Source: a candidate division FCPU426 bacterium
Lineage (GTDB): Bacteria; Oederibacteriota; Muellerivitia; Muellerivitales; Muellerivitaceae
Length of the DNA stretch: 64,000 nucleotides
Assembly (NCBI GenBank): GCA_963719085.1
Contig: CAVRAL010000004.1
Location: 1,223,078 to 1,287,077, forward strand
Direction of reading: 5' to 3'
Below, in pieces: positions 39,088-49,304 of this stretch. Within the stretch, counting starts at the first letter, position 1. Each line of letters opens with the position of its first letter. Under the pieces are notes generated by a model. That model ran no database searches. It was not told the origin of the DNA and saw nothing but the letters and a program-made list of their open reading frames with translations. The translations under genes and the position numbers were made by a program.

Positions 39088-39273
39088 ATGAAGCGTTTTT
39101 TCGCGATGTTGATGACGGTTGCGTTCTTGGGTACTACTGCCATGGTTATGGCCGATGATGCTACCCCGGTTGCTACCCCGGCTGCCAAGGTTATGAAGAA
39201 ACACCACAAAAAGGCGAAGAAAGCGGCCGCTGCGGTTGCTACTCCGGTTGCTGCCACGACTCCTTCCAAGTAA
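39088..39273 (+). CDS. Small secreted basic low-complexity protein (acid-shock-protein-like)
   Basis: aaggagg RBS, signal peptide, KKHHKKAKK, own terminator. Confidence 0.75.
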   Translation: MKRFFAMLMTVAFLGTTAMVMADDATPVATPAAKVMKKHHKKAKKAAAAVATPVAATTPSK

Positions 39274-39323
39274 TCTTGGTCGAGTCTGTTTGAGTTTCAG
39301 GCTTTTGCCTGAGACTTTCTTGG

Positions 39324-39357
39324 TCGGGTGAGTCGAAAGACTCACCCGATTTTTTTT
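39324..39357 (+). terminator. Rho-independent terminator
   Basis: tcgggtgagtc-gaaa-gactcacccga followed by a T run. Confidence 0.88.
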
Positions 39358-39367
39358 GTTCAAATAG

Positions 39368-39402
39368 AAAAAGCCGGGGGGAATTTTCCCCTCGGCTTTT
39401 TT
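39368..39402. terminator. Bidirectional terminator hairpin
   Basis: aaaaagccgggggg-aattt-tcccctcggctttttt. Confidence 0.75.
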
Positions 39403-39424
39403 GTTGGCGAAAACGGCCTCTGAA

Positions 39425-39632
39425 AGGCCTATTTCAGGTTTTCATCCGTGACGGCGACCAGGTCCCGGGCAACCGTTCGCAGAGCTCACGGTAAGGCGCC
39501 CGGGATTAACATTCGACCCGTAGCGGATGGGTTTCCCTTCGAGGCTTATTTTAGGTTTTCATCCGTGACGGCGCCCAGACCCCGGGCAACCGTTCGCAGA
39601 GCTTGCGGTAAGGCGCCCGGGATCAACACTTG
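39425..39632 (+). ncRNA. Two tandem copies (117-bp period) of a ~91-nt structured RNA candidate of unknown family
   Basis: Copies at 39425-39515 and 39542-39632 differ at 10 of 91 positions by manual alignment; stem cccgggc/gcccggg with G-U to A-U/G-C changes. Confidence 0.6.
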
Positions 39633-39662
39633 GATAGGGTTTATCCCGTAATCCTCTCAAAG

Positions 39663-41351
39663 TTATCCCAGAGATTCGTCGGTCACCGCGCCTAGGCTAG
39701 CCGAAGCGACAAGATAAGCGTATTTGCCCAGGACGCCCTTGGGATAAGGATTTTTCCGGGGTTTCCATTTGGACTTGCGTTTTTTCAATTCCGCGGCGCT
39801 GACATGCAGTTCCAATTTCTTTTTCTTGGCGTCGATCGTGATTTTGTCGCCGTTTTTAATCAGCCCGATGGGCCCGCCCACTTGGGCTTCGGGGGCGATA
39901 TGGCCCACGACCAATCCATGGGTTCCGCCGGAAAAACGGCCGTCGGTAATGAGCCCCACACTTTCACCCAGTCCTTGGCCCACCAGCGCCGCGGTGATGG
40001 CCAGCATTTCCCGCATGCCGGGACCGCCCTTGGGGCCTTCGTAGCGGATGACCACCACGTCCCCGGCTTTGATGGCGCGCTTCTGGATGGCTTCAAAGGC
40101 CGCTTCCTCGCCGTCATAAACCTTAGCCGGGCCCGTGTGAACCACGCTTTTTAAACCTGAAATTTTTGCCACCGCGCCTTCGGGGGCGAGGTTGCCCTTC
40201 AAGACCACCATGGGGCCGGTGGCATAAAGGGGCTTTTCCAAAGAATGAATAATGGGCTGGTTTTTGGAAAGCGGAGCGGCTTCTTTTAAATTTTCCGCGA
40301 CCGTTTTTCCGGTAACGGTCAAACAATCCCCATGCAGGAGCTTGGCCTCTAAAAGCAGTTTCATCACGGCGGGGATTCCGCCGATGCGGTCGAGGTCCGC
40401 GGCCACGTACTTGCCGCTGGGCTTGAGGTCCGCCAAGTGGGGCACCTTGTCGCTGATGCGGTTGAAATCATCCAAGGTCAATTTGACACCGACCGATTTG
40501 GCGATGGCGATCATGTGAAGCACCAGGTTGGTCGAGCCGCCCAAGGCCATGCCGACGGCGATGCCGTTCTCGAAAGCCTTCTTGGTCATGATGTCCTTGG
40601 GCCGGATGTTCTTTTGAATCAGATTCACGACCGTTTCGCCGGCCTTGTCGCACAAGAGGCGCTTGGGTTCGCCCACGGCGGGCTGACAGGAATCGTGGGG
40701 CAGGGCCATGCCCATGGCCTCAATGGCGGAGGCCATGGTGTTGGCCGTGTACATGCCGCCGCAGGAGCCCGCGCCCGGACAGGCGCTGCACTCAATGTCC
40801 TTCAAGGTTTGTTTGTCGATCTTGCCGGTGCTGTATTGTCCCACGGCCTCGAAAACCGACACGATGTCGATGTCCTTGCCGTTATATTTACCCGGTAAAA
40901 TCGTCCCGCCGTAAATGAAGACCGCCGGGATATTCAAGCGGCCGATGCCCATCAGGGCGCCCGGCATGTTCTTGTCGCAGCCGCCGACCGCGACCAATCC
41001 GTCAAAGCGCTGGGCCGAGGAAACGGTCTCAATCGAGTCCGCGATGACCTCGCGCGACACCAGGGAGAACTTCATGCCTTCGTGGCCCATGGCGATGCCG
41101 TCGGAAACCGTGATGGTGCCGAAAGTTTGACCCATGGCCTGGGCGCGGGTGAGGCCGCCCTTGACCCGCTCGGCCAATTCATTGAGGTGCATGTTGCAGG
41201 GGGTCACTTCGCTCCAGCCGGAGGCGATGCCCACGATGGGCTTTTGAAAATCAGCGTCTTTAAATCCGACGGCCCGAAGCATGGCCCGGTTGGGGGCCCG
41301 CTTGTCGCCTTCGGTCATCATGGAGGATCGGGAATTGAGTTTGTTTTTCAT
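39663..41351 (-). CDS. ilvD: Dihydroxy-acid dehydratase
   Basis: [52 protein letters not shown]. Confidence 0.97.
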   Translation of the reverse strand: MKNKLNSRSSMMTEGDKRAPNRAMLRAVGFKDADFQKPIVGIASGWSEVTPCNMHLNELAERVKGGLTRAQAMGQTFGTITVSDGIAMGHEGMKFSLVSREVIADSIETVSSAQRFDGLVAVGGCDKNMPGALMGIGRLNIPAVFIYGGTILPGKYNGKDIDIVSVFEAVGQYSTGKIDKQTLKDIECSACPGAGSCGGMYTANTMASAIEAMGMALPHDSCQPAVGEPKRLLCDKAGETVVNLIQKNIRPKDIMTKKAFENGIAVGMALGGSTNLVLHMIAIAKSVGVKLTLDDFNRISDKVPHLADLKPSGKYVAADLDRIGGIPAVMKLLLEAKLLHGDCLTVTGKTVAENLKEAAPLSKNQPIIHSLEKPLYATGPMVVLKGNLAPEGAVAKISGLKSVVHTGPAKVYDGEEAAFEAIQKRAIKAGDVVVIRYEGPKGGPGMREMLAITAALVGQGLGESVGLITDGRFSGGTHGLVVGHIAPEAQVGGPIGLIKNGDKITIDAKKKKLELHVSAAELKKRKSKWKPRKNPYPKGVLGKYAYLVASASLGAVTDESLG

Positions 41352-41407
41352 GGCAACCTTTCATTGGCTTATAAATTAGGAACTTTAAGAAGAAACCAAA
41401 GCCCCCG

Positions 41408-41848
<441 letters not shown>

Positions 41849-41912
41849 TAAAGTCTCCTAAAAGTGAGATTGAAGAAGGGCATTGTATTCACTTTGGGGA
41901 TGGGAGACAAGC

Positions 41913-41940
41913 GAGGGGCTTTGAAAAAGCCCCTCTTTTT
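41913..41940. terminator. Terminator hairpin downstream of dapF
   Basis: gaggggcttt-gaa-aaagcccctc. Confidence 0.6.
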
Positions 41941-42001
41941 AAGGAGTTTTTAAGGGGAATTTGAAAGAAATGGCTCCGGCGACATTGGGGCCGACTTTGG
42001 T

Positions 42002-42898
42002 TTATTTTTGTTTTTCCAAGAAAGCCAATAAGTCCGTTGAAATTTCTCCCACGCAGATTTCTTCCACGGGCCCCCGCATGGTCAGGTCAAAATTTTCCGA
42101 GACCTTGATCGAAAGGTCCCCGCCCGGCATATGCAGGGTCAGATCCCGGCCCGTGCGTTGGGTCTTCACGCAGGCGGCCGCCACCGCGCAGGATGAGGAT
42201 CCCGAGGCCAGGGTGTAACCGGCGCCGCGTTCCCAAATCCGGAGGGTGACTTCCTTATCATTGTCCACCTTCACGAACTGGACATTGCTGCGGTTGGGAA
42301 AAGCCGGATGATGTTCCAGCAAGGGGCCCCAAGTTTGGATGCGTTTGTCCATCTCGTCCAAATGATCGAAAAAGACCACGCAATGCGGGTTGCCCACGGT
42401 GACGCAGGTGACTTTTAAGCTTTCCACCTTGCCCTCAGCCGGGACGCTCAAGGCAAGGGGGATTTCCACGGCTTCGCCCACGACGTTTTTGACCGGAATT
42501 TTGGCCGCGTCAAAACTGGCCCGGCCCATCTCCACCGTCACCATGGGCGCCTTTCCCAAAACCAAGTGCAGTTGGGCCTGCACCTTGCCGCCGGCGGTCT
42601 CAATCTCAAAATAAGATTTTTCGGTGTAGCCATGCTCAAAAAGGAATTTACAGAAGATGCGCAGGCCGTTGCCGCTTTTTTCCGCCTCACTGCCGTCCGG
42701 ATTATAAATGCGCAATTTGGCTTCCGAGGAAGCTGATTTTTCCAGGGCCAGGATGCCGTCGGACCCGACGCCCGTATTGCGGTTGCAGACGCGGATGATG
42801 TTCGCGGGCGTCAGCGCGAAGGACAGGGTGGAAGGATCCATCACCAAATAATCGTTGCCCAAGCCATGGGAACGCACAAACTGGTTTTTCTCGAGCAT
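42002..42898 (-). CDS. dapF: Diaminopimelate epimerase
   Basis: HGLGNDY, NPDGSEAEKSGNG, GNPHCV, WERGAG.TLASG. Confidence 0.9.
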   Translation of the reverse strand: MLEKNQFVRSHGLGNDYLVMDPSTLSFALTPANIIRVCNRNTGVGSDGILALEKSASSEAKLRIYNPDGSEAEKSGNGLRIFCKFLFEHGYTEKSYFEIETAGGKVQAQLHLVLGKAPMVTVEMGRASFDAAKIPVKNVVGEAVEIPLALSVPAEGKVESLKVTCVTVGNPHCVVFFDHLDEMDKRIQTWGPLLEHHPAFPNRSNVQFVKVDNDKEVTLRIWERGAGYTLASGSSSCAVAAACVKTQRTGRDLTLHMPGGDLSIKVSENFDLTMRGPVEEICVGEISTDLLAFLEKQK

Positions 42899-42899
42899 A

Positions 42900-43760
42900 T
42901 TATTCCTTTACGCAGAAAAGATTGGTATAGCCCTCGTCCCCCGGGGGGAATCTTTGGGAAAGCTCGGACAAGTCCACCGCTTTGAGTTCGCCCGAAGCCT
43001 CATGGATCTCGCGGATTCGAAAACCCAGGGAGGCCAGTTCTTTCAAATAATTTCCGGGATCCGCGCCGAAGCGCCTTAAGCCCTCGGGCCCGAATTCGCT
43101 GACGAGAATCAGTTGGGGGCAGCGGGACAAAAGATTCCGCATGCCCTGGAGGGCCGCGGATTCGGCGCCTTGGATGTCCATTTTAATGAAATGGGGGAGG
43201 GGTTCCAGTTTTTTGAAATAATCCTCCAAGGTGGTTTGGGGGACGGTCACGGCGGCGCGGCCGTCCTTGGAATCGTAAAGCCGGTGGTCGCCCCGGTTGA
43301 GCGGGTTCAGGAAGAGCCGGGCCTCGCCCACCCGGTTGGAAAGGGCTTGGGGCGACAGGGTGACGTTGGCGTAACCATTGAGGGCGATGTTTTTTTGGAG
43401 CAATTTGAAATTATCCGGATCGGGTTCGAAGGCGAAGACCCGTCCGGCCGGTCCCACTTGCCTGGCCGCCAGCAAGGTGTAATAGCCGATATTGGCGCCG
43501 ATATCCACGAAGGTCTGGCCGGCTTTGAGGCGCTCCAAGAGCAGGCGGGTTTCGGCCGGCTCATAAATTTCGCGCGTCGCCAGTTCCAGGGTGTCCCGGT
43601 CATCCAAGAACATCCGGTGGCCCTGCACGCTCACCCAGTTGGGTTTGAGGGCCTGGTAAAGCCGGTCATAAGCCCAACGCAGGGGCTTGATTCGGCCCAG
43701 CCCATGGCCGCTGACGGCCTTCGCGCTGTCTTTTAAAAGTTTTAAAAGGGGGTTTCGCAT
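42900..43760 (-). CDS. FkbM-family SAM methyltransferase
   Basis: DIGANIGYY, FEP, IKMDIQGAE; ATG overlaps the upstream stop (TGATG). Confidence 0.9.
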   Translation of the reverse strand: MRNPLLKLLKDSAKAVSGHGLGRIKPLRWAYDRLYQALKPNWVSVQGHRMFLDDRDTLELATREIYEPAETRLLLERLKAGQTFVDIGANIGYYTLLAARQVGPAGRVFAFEPDPDNFKLLQKNIALNGYANVTLSPQALSNRVGEARLFLNPLNRGDHRLYDSKDGRAAVTVPQTTLEDYFKKLEPLPHFIKMDIQGAESAALQGMRNLLSRCPQLILVSEFGPEGLRRFGADPGNYLKELASLGFRIREIHEASGELKAVDLSELSQRFPPGDEGYTNLFCVKE

Positions 43761-46000
43761 CAACGCGCCTTCCGGGGACGGCCAAAAAGCCAGAAGCCCG
43801 TGGACGCCGTGAGGAGCCAAGGCAGGAATATCCAACCTTTCCACCAGGGTCGGTAATCAAAATCCACCCGGTGGGAACCCGCGGGGACCAGGACGGCCCG
43901 CAGCGCGTGGTCGGCCGTGAACCATTGGGCGGGATGGCCGTCCAATTGGGCCCGCCATCCCGGATAAGCGACTTCGCAAAAGACCACCAGGCTGTCCTGG
44001 GCCAGGTTGAGTTGGAACGATTGGGACGAGGGCGCGTCCCGAAGCAGTTGGTATTGAAGCTGGGCGGGTTTTCCCGTCAGCCGGGAAGCGTCGGCGGGGG
44101 ACAGGGCCTGGGATAGAAGGCCCTGTTGGTAGGGATCGAACCCGGGATTCTGAAGCGCTTGCAATTGATCGGACGATTTTTCCAAAACTTGCCAGCTTCG
44201 GGGGGCAAAAGCCAACCGGCCGGAAAAGCGGCTGACGTAGAGATGAAGGAAGGTGTCGGTTTTTTCCTCAAAGCCCGGGAGGGGTCCGGCGTCTTCCCCG
44301 ACCAAAAAACCGCCAATGGCCATCAGCTTGAAAATTTTGTCCGAGGGAATGTACCGCAGGTCGTCCACCGCGCGCAGGCTCAAGGGATTGTAACCGCCGA
44401 AGTCCTTCAACCGAAGGGCGGCGAAGGCGTTTTCCGGATAAAAAGAAACGTAGCGCAGGCCCCCGACCTGGATGGGATAGGGCACGCGCCGGGGATCCAA
44501 CATGACGCGGGCGGGGGCGAGGGGCGCCGACAGGGCGGTCACGGCGCGGGAATTGGCGGCGAAATCAAAGTTGGAGGCGGGAGCGGGCATGAAAACCTCC
44601 CAGCCGCGCAATAAGAGCGGCAGCAGCAAGGCGGCTTCCCACAATCCCAGGCCCAGGGCTTTGTTTTTTTCCCGCAGGGCCCATCCGGCGCCCAGGAAGC
44701 CCAGCAGCAGCGCCGACATTTCCCAAAGGGTCCGGGCGGGCTCCCAGGCCGAGACCCCCAGCGCGGCCAGGCCGTAGCCGGCGGCGGCCCAAACCCATAC
44801 CGGCGACGTTTTTGCATTTTGGGACAGGGCTTCCAGGGAGCGCCATCCGGCCGCCGCCAAGGCCGCCAAGCTGAAAGCCCAAAAATAGGAAAAACGGTAA
44901 GGCGCTCGCAGGTCCGCGAAGCCGGGGACCCAGCGGGTCGTCCAGGCGTGGAGAAAAAAATAGCCCCCGAAACAAACGGTCAAGGTCAGCAGGGCGGTCG
45001 AAAGTAAAAACCAAGAAAGCGGGAAGGGGTTGTTTCCTTTTTTCCGAAAGGCGAAAGCCGCCAAGACCGGCATCCAGATCCCCAGATAAAGGATATTCGC
45101 CAGAAAATCCCGGTCGTTCTGGACGGCGTGATCCATCTTCACGCCTTCGGAAAGGCGCAGGGCCGGAAAAAGGGCGTGGTCCAGCGTGGCCGGGTTCAAG
45201 GAATAAAGGGCGTTGAAGTTTTGATAATCCTGGGTTTCGGTCTGGCGGTGGGAAAGGGAGAAAAACTCGAGCGACGGAATGAACTGGCCCCCAAGGGGGA
45301 GACTGCCTGCCAGGAAGAAAAAAAAGACACGGAGGACGGCCCCGGCCCGGATTTTTTTGGGACGGTTTTGAATCAAACGCAGTCCGAAATAGCAAAGCCC
45401 CCCGTAAAAGGCGCCCAAGGCGACTTGGAAACTTCCGCATAAAAAAAGCAGGGCGAACACCAACCCGGCCCAGAAGGCGGATCGGGGGCTTGGATCGCGG
45501 CTTAACTTTTCCAGCCGGGCGAACCACCAGGGGAGCCAGGCGAAGGCCGCCAAAACCGGAGGGTGGATCAGCTCCATCCAGAAAAAACCCGAGAGCGCGA
45601 AGGTAAGCGCGCCGATCCGGGAGGCCCGGGGACCCAGGCCTAAGGCCCGCAGCCAAGCGTCCATTCCCCAAGCGGCCCAGGCCCAATGGAGCGCGATGAA
45701 AAGCGTGAGGCCCAGGGGGACTGAAAAGGGGAGGGTCAGGTAATTCGGGGGATACAACATCATGTTTTGAAGATCGGCGAGAAAGGGCTGGCCGCCCAAA
45801 AGATAGGGGTCCCAAAGCGGGAAGCGGCCCAGGGCCAGTTCTTGTTTTAGAAAAGCCCGCCAGGGGCCGAACTGGGCCAGCAGATCGCTGTCAAAGTAAG
45901 CCCGGCCCGTGAGGAGGCAGGGGCTGAAGACCAGCAAACTTAACAGCGGGGCCCAAACCCAGGCGGGGGCGCCCTTTGCCTGCGCGGGTGATTTCGTCAA
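43760..46000 (-). CDS. YfhO-like GT-C membrane glycosyltransferase (start uncertain; TTG overlaps upstream stop)
   Basis: D...QF.P, PLWDPY..GG.P..AD, R.P.RF, YPGWRA..DG, VPAG.H.V.F.Y.P. Confidence 0.85.
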   Translation of the reverse strand: MTKSPAQAKGAPAWVWAPLLSLLVFSPCLLTGRAYFDSDLLAQFGPWRAFLKQELALGRFPLWDPYLLGGQPFLADLQNMMLYPPNYLTLPFSVPLGLTLFIALHWAWAAWGMDAWLRALGLGPRASRIGALTFALSGFFWMELIHPPVLAAFAWLPWWFARLEKLSRDPSPRSAFWAGLVFALLFLCGSFQVALGAFYGGLCYFGLRLIQNRPKKIRAGAVLRVFFFFLAGSLPLGGQFIPSLEFFSLSHRQTETQDYQNFNALYSLNPATLDHALFPALRLSEGVKMDHAVQNDRDFLANILYLGIWMPVLAAFAFRKKGNNPFPLSWFLLSTALLTLTVCFGGYFFLHAWTTRWVPGFADLRAPYRFSYFWAFSLAALAAAGWRSLEALSQNAKTSPVWVWAAAGYGLAALGVSAWEPARTLWEMSALLLGFLGAGWALREKNKALGLGLWEAALLLPLLLRGWEVFMPAPASNFDFAANSRAVTALSAPLAPARVMLDPRRVPYPIQVGGLRYVSFYPENAFAALRLKDFGGYNPLSLRAVDDLRYIPSDKIFKLMAIGGFLVGEDAGPLPGFEEKTDTFLHLYVSRFSGRLAFAPRSWQVLEKSSDQLQALQNPGFDPYQQGLLSQALSPADASRLTGKPAQLQYQLLRDAPSSQSFQLNLAQDSLVVFCEVAYPGWRAQLDGHPAQWFTADHALRAVLVPAGSHRVDFDYRPWWKGWIFLPWLLTASTGFWLFGRPRKAR

Positions 46001-48285
46001 GCGCGGGCCGGTTTCCATTTCCAAACCAGAAATAGAACCGGGAGGGATAAGAGCCAGAGGAAAATAAACCGGATGAGTAATTTCCACCAGGCGGGTTGGT
46101 ATTTAAAATCCACTTGATGGGTCCCGGCGGGCAAAACCAGGGCCCTAAAATCATAGTTCGCCCGGAAAATGGGCGCCGGCTGGTTGTCGATAAAGGCTTT
46201 CCAGCCGGGGTAATAAACCTCGGAAAAAACCACCAAACCGGGATGGTCCAAGGTGGTTTTAAAGGATTGGGCGTCGTTCCCATCGCTCAGCCACTCGTAT
46301 TGAAGATTATTTTTTTTGTCCGTTAATTCAGAGGCCAGATCCGCCGGAAGGGGCGCTGACAAAAAGGCCTGCCGCTTGGGATCAAAGGAGGGGCTTTTCA
46401 TGGCCGCCAGGCACTGGGGATCATCCGGGATCACTTGAATTTCGGAGGGCGCCAACAGATGGGAAGTGGCGATTTTTAAACCGTAATATTGGGCGGTCCC
46501 GATGGTTTGACGGTCGAACTGCGGATCCTCGCCCCGGTCTTGACCGAAGACGAGGCCGTGGATGTCCCAAAGCTGGGCGTAAATGGGGAGCGCGATTTGA
46601 GTCTGCTGTAATTCCTGGGTCCGGCCGATATTAAAGGTGTCATAGCCGTTGACCAGGCGGACCCGGTAGTCCAAAACCTCGTCTTGGGGCATGGGAAAGG
46701 TCAGCTCCTGTCCGTTTTCAGCCACGGGATAAGGGATTTGAAAATCCATGAAGAACCGGGATCCGGCCGGGGCTTTTTGCATGAAAGAAAAAACGGGCGC
46801 GTTTTGATCAAAATCAAAGTTCGAGGCGGGGCCGGTGCCGAAATCGGACCATCCGCTTAAAAGCAAAGGCACTACCAGGCCGGCCTGAAACAACAGCCGT
46901 CCCATTTTTTTCCATCCGGGGACGATTCCCCAGTAAAAAAGACCCAGAACGCCTAAAGCCAGCCCCAGCATTTCCCGCCAATTATTGGCGGCTTGGAAAA
47001 GACCGATGACCAGAAAGAACAGGCCGTAAATCGCTCCCGCGAAGACCCAGGGTTTCACATCCTCTTTTTCATCGGCGAAGGCCCGCTCCAGAAACTGATA
47101 GCCGTAAGCGACCATAACGCAGACAAAAAGTATATAGACGTCCAGGAAGCGGAAAGGCGCGCGGCTGAAACTGATGCCGGGCAGCACCTCGCAGAAAATT
47201 CGGTGAACGGGGAAATAGCGGCCCCAGGCGGTGAAAAGCGAAAGCAGGGAAAAGAGCGAGAGGAAATAGAGGAAACGTTTGTCCTTGCGTTTGAAGGCCA
47301 AGTAAACCAAAAAAGGAACCCAGATGCCTAAGTAGCCGAAATCACCCAAGAAGTCGTTGTCGGTGTAAGGCGGATTAATTTCTTGGATCGCTTGTTCCGC
47401 GGATTTGCCGGCGGGAAGGCCCATATAGGGAAAAAGAAACTGATAGGTACTGGCTGGATGCATGGAAAAGGTTCCGCTGACCTGGTCGTAATCGCTTTTG
47501 TGCCGGGACGAAAGGACCGAGAACTCGTAAGAGGGGACGAATTGCAAAACCATGGGGGCGGCGGCCCAAAGGCCCAGCACCACGATTGGGATCCATTTTT
47601 TCCAGGAAAAACGGTCGGACCAGGAAATAGTTTTCTCGACGGACGACCAATGGTACATACGGTAAAAAAGAAAAACCAAGCCGCCATAAACCGTACTGCT
47701 GATCAATTGGAAGTTCCCCGAGCAGCCAATGAAGGCCAAAACCAGCCCGGTCCAAAAGGCTTGGCGCACATTCCAGTCCCGGCTGAGTTTTTCCAGGCAG
47801 GCCGCGAACCAGGGCCAAAAGGCCAAAACCGTCAGGATGGGCGGATGGATCAATTCCCACCAGATGTCCCCGGACAAGGCGTAAATCAGGGCGCCGATCC
47901 GGGCGGTGGATTCGGAGAAGCGCAGGGTTTTTAAGAGGGTGTGGGTGCCCCAGGCCGCGATGAACATATGCAGAATGAAATAAATGGAAAATCCCGCCGG
48001 AATGGGGAAAAAGTAGAACAGGTACCAAAAGGGATTACAGCGCATGTAGTTTAAATCGGCGAAGAGGGGCTGGCCGCCCATGATATAGGGATTCCAAAGG
48101 CCGATATGCCCTTGGCTTAAATCGCTTTTAAGCAGTTTTAAGAAAGGGTAGCACTGGCTGATCAGGTCGTTGGCGAAATAGTAATTACTGGAAAATAAAA
48201 AGGTTTGGCCGAAGGCGATAAAAGCCACCAGTAAAAAAAGAAGCAGGGCCACGTAAGGTTTCGGCGCGTTGGGTTCGGCGTTCAT
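45997..48285 (-). CDS. YfhO-like GT-C membrane glycosyltransferase
   Basis: LWNPY..GGQPLFAD, RAPFRF, YYPGWKAFID, LPAG.H.V.F.YQP. Confidence 0.87.
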   Translation of the reverse strand: MNAEPNAPKPYVALLLFLLVAFIAFGQTFLFSSNYYFANDLISQCYPFLKLLKSDLSQGHIGLWNPYIMGGQPLFADLNYMRCNPFWYLFYFFPIPAGFSIYFILHMFIAAWGTHTLLKTLRFSESTARIGALIYALSGDIWWELIHPPILTVLAFWPWFAACLEKLSRDWNVRQAFWTGLVLAFIGCSGNFQLISSTVYGGLVFLFYRMYHWSSVEKTISWSDRFSWKKWIPIVVLGLWAAAPMVLQFVPSYEFSVLSSRHKSDYDQVSGTFSMHPASTYQFLFPYMGLPAGKSAEQAIQEINPPYTDNDFLGDFGYLGIWVPFLVYLAFKRKDKRFLYFLSLFSLLSLFTAWGRYFPVHRIFCEVLPGISFSRAPFRFLDVYILFVCVMVAYGYQFLERAFADEKEDVKPWVFAGAIYGLFFLVIGLFQAANNWREMLGLALGVLGLFYWGIVPGWKKMGRLLFQAGLVVPLLLSGWSDFGTGPASNFDFDQNAPVFSFMQKAPAGSRFFMDFQIPYPVAENGQELTFPMPQDEVLDYRVRLVNGYDTFNIGRTQELQQTQIALPIYAQLWDIHGLVFGQDRGEDPQFDRQTIGTAQYYGLKIATSHLLAPSEIQVIPDDPQCLAAMKSPSFDPKRQAFLSAPLPADLASELTDKKNNLQYEWLSDGNDAQSFKTTLDHPGLVVFSEVYYPGWKAFIDNQPAPIFRANYDFRALVLPAGTHQVDFKYQPAWWKLLIRFIFLWLLSLPVLFLVWKWKPARA

Positions 48286-49304
48286 TTTTTTCTCCCCGGG
48301 GTCTTTTGAACCGGAACCAATCGATAGGACCGGCCGCTTGATTTTACTTTATATTTGGCGATGGGGGCGTTGGATAACTGGGGGAAGGTCCTTAAAAATC
48401 CCGAGCCCAGCCCCAATCCATAGAAAAACTGGCGCAGGAAAATGAGGGCGGGCACGAATAAAAGATCCCGCCATTGGCGGTTCCAGGAAACCGCCGAAAG
48501 GGCGGTCCCCAAACACAGGGCCCAGAACAAGCCGAAGGGCGCCCACCAGACCCAGGATTTTAAAAAGGCGGGGCTGACCGGCAAGAGGGAGGCCGCCAGG
48601 GACAAGACGTAAAAAACAAAAAAGGCCGGGATCAGGTGCACCAAATCCGAAAGGCAGGGGTAAACCTTGATCTGCCGGGCCCGGCCTTGGCCGTAGCGGA
48701 AAGCCTGGTAGCAAAAGGCCCAGAGGTTTTTGCGCCGGTGGCGGTAGATGACGGCGCCGGGGTCATAGATGAGCCGGGCGGTGGAGTGAAGCAGGCGGTT
48801 TAAAAACTCGTTTTCCTCGTTGGGGTATAGGTCCACCCGGAAACCGTTCATTTTTTGGAAAACTTCCCGGCGTACCATCATGTTGCACAAAATCAAATCT
48901 TTTTCCGTGGCCTCCTTCACCGAGCCCACGGAGGAATAGCGGCTCCTCACCTTGAAACTGCCCAGCCAGGAGGCCAGGACCGCGCTGACGGTTTTCTCGA
49001 ATGGCGCGGCGTCCGGCGGATGCAGGTTCGGCCCCCCGGCCACCGAGGTGCGGGGATTCTCGAAATGGCCCGCCAGGCGCTTGGGCGTGGGGGAAACCAC
49101 GCAGCTGTCATCGTCCAGGAAATAAACCAAGGGGCTTTTACAAAGGGCCACGCCCTCGTTGCGCTGTTGGGAGGGGTTGCGGCCCACGCAGACAAAAATG
49201 TCGCGCGGCTTTTCGGCCGCCGGAAGCTTTAAAAGCCAATCCACGCTGGCGAGTTTTTTGTCCGCGCGGTCCACCGCCACCACGACGTCATAGCGAAGGC
49301 TCAT
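48282..49304 (-). CDS. Family 2 glycosyltransferase with C-terminal TM helices
   Basis: RNEG, FLDDD (DxD), GF...LYPNEE, YG.GR. Confidence 0.85.
   Translation of the reverse strand: MSLRYDVVVAVDRADKKLASVDWLLKLPAAEKPRDIFVCVGRNPSQQRNEGVALCKSPLVYFLDDDSCVVSPTPKRLAGHFENPRTSVAGGPNLHPPDAAPFEKTVSAVLASWLGSFKVRSRYSSVGSVKEATEKDLILCNMMVRREVFQKMNGFRVDLYPNEENEFLNRLLHSTARLIYDPGAVIYRHRRKNLWAFCYQAFRYGQGRARQIKVYPCLSDLVHLIPAFFVFYVLSLAASLLPVSPAFLKSWVWWAPFGLFWALCLGTALSAVSWNRQWRDLLFVPALIFLRQFFYGLGLGSGFLRTFPQLSNAPIAKYKVKSSGRSYRLVPVQKTPGRKK

Noticed and set aside
39425..39632. Possible CRISPR array or 67-aa repeat peptide (39448-39651)
   Set aside because: Only two units with a 91-nt repeat, and no cas genes; the ORF lacks an RBS and the differences fit RNA pairing better than coding
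44565..45815. 416-aa same-strand alternative-frame ORF inside the YfhO-like gene
   Set aside because: Arg/Pro/Gly-rich off-frame product of GC-rich DNA; the main frame is intact
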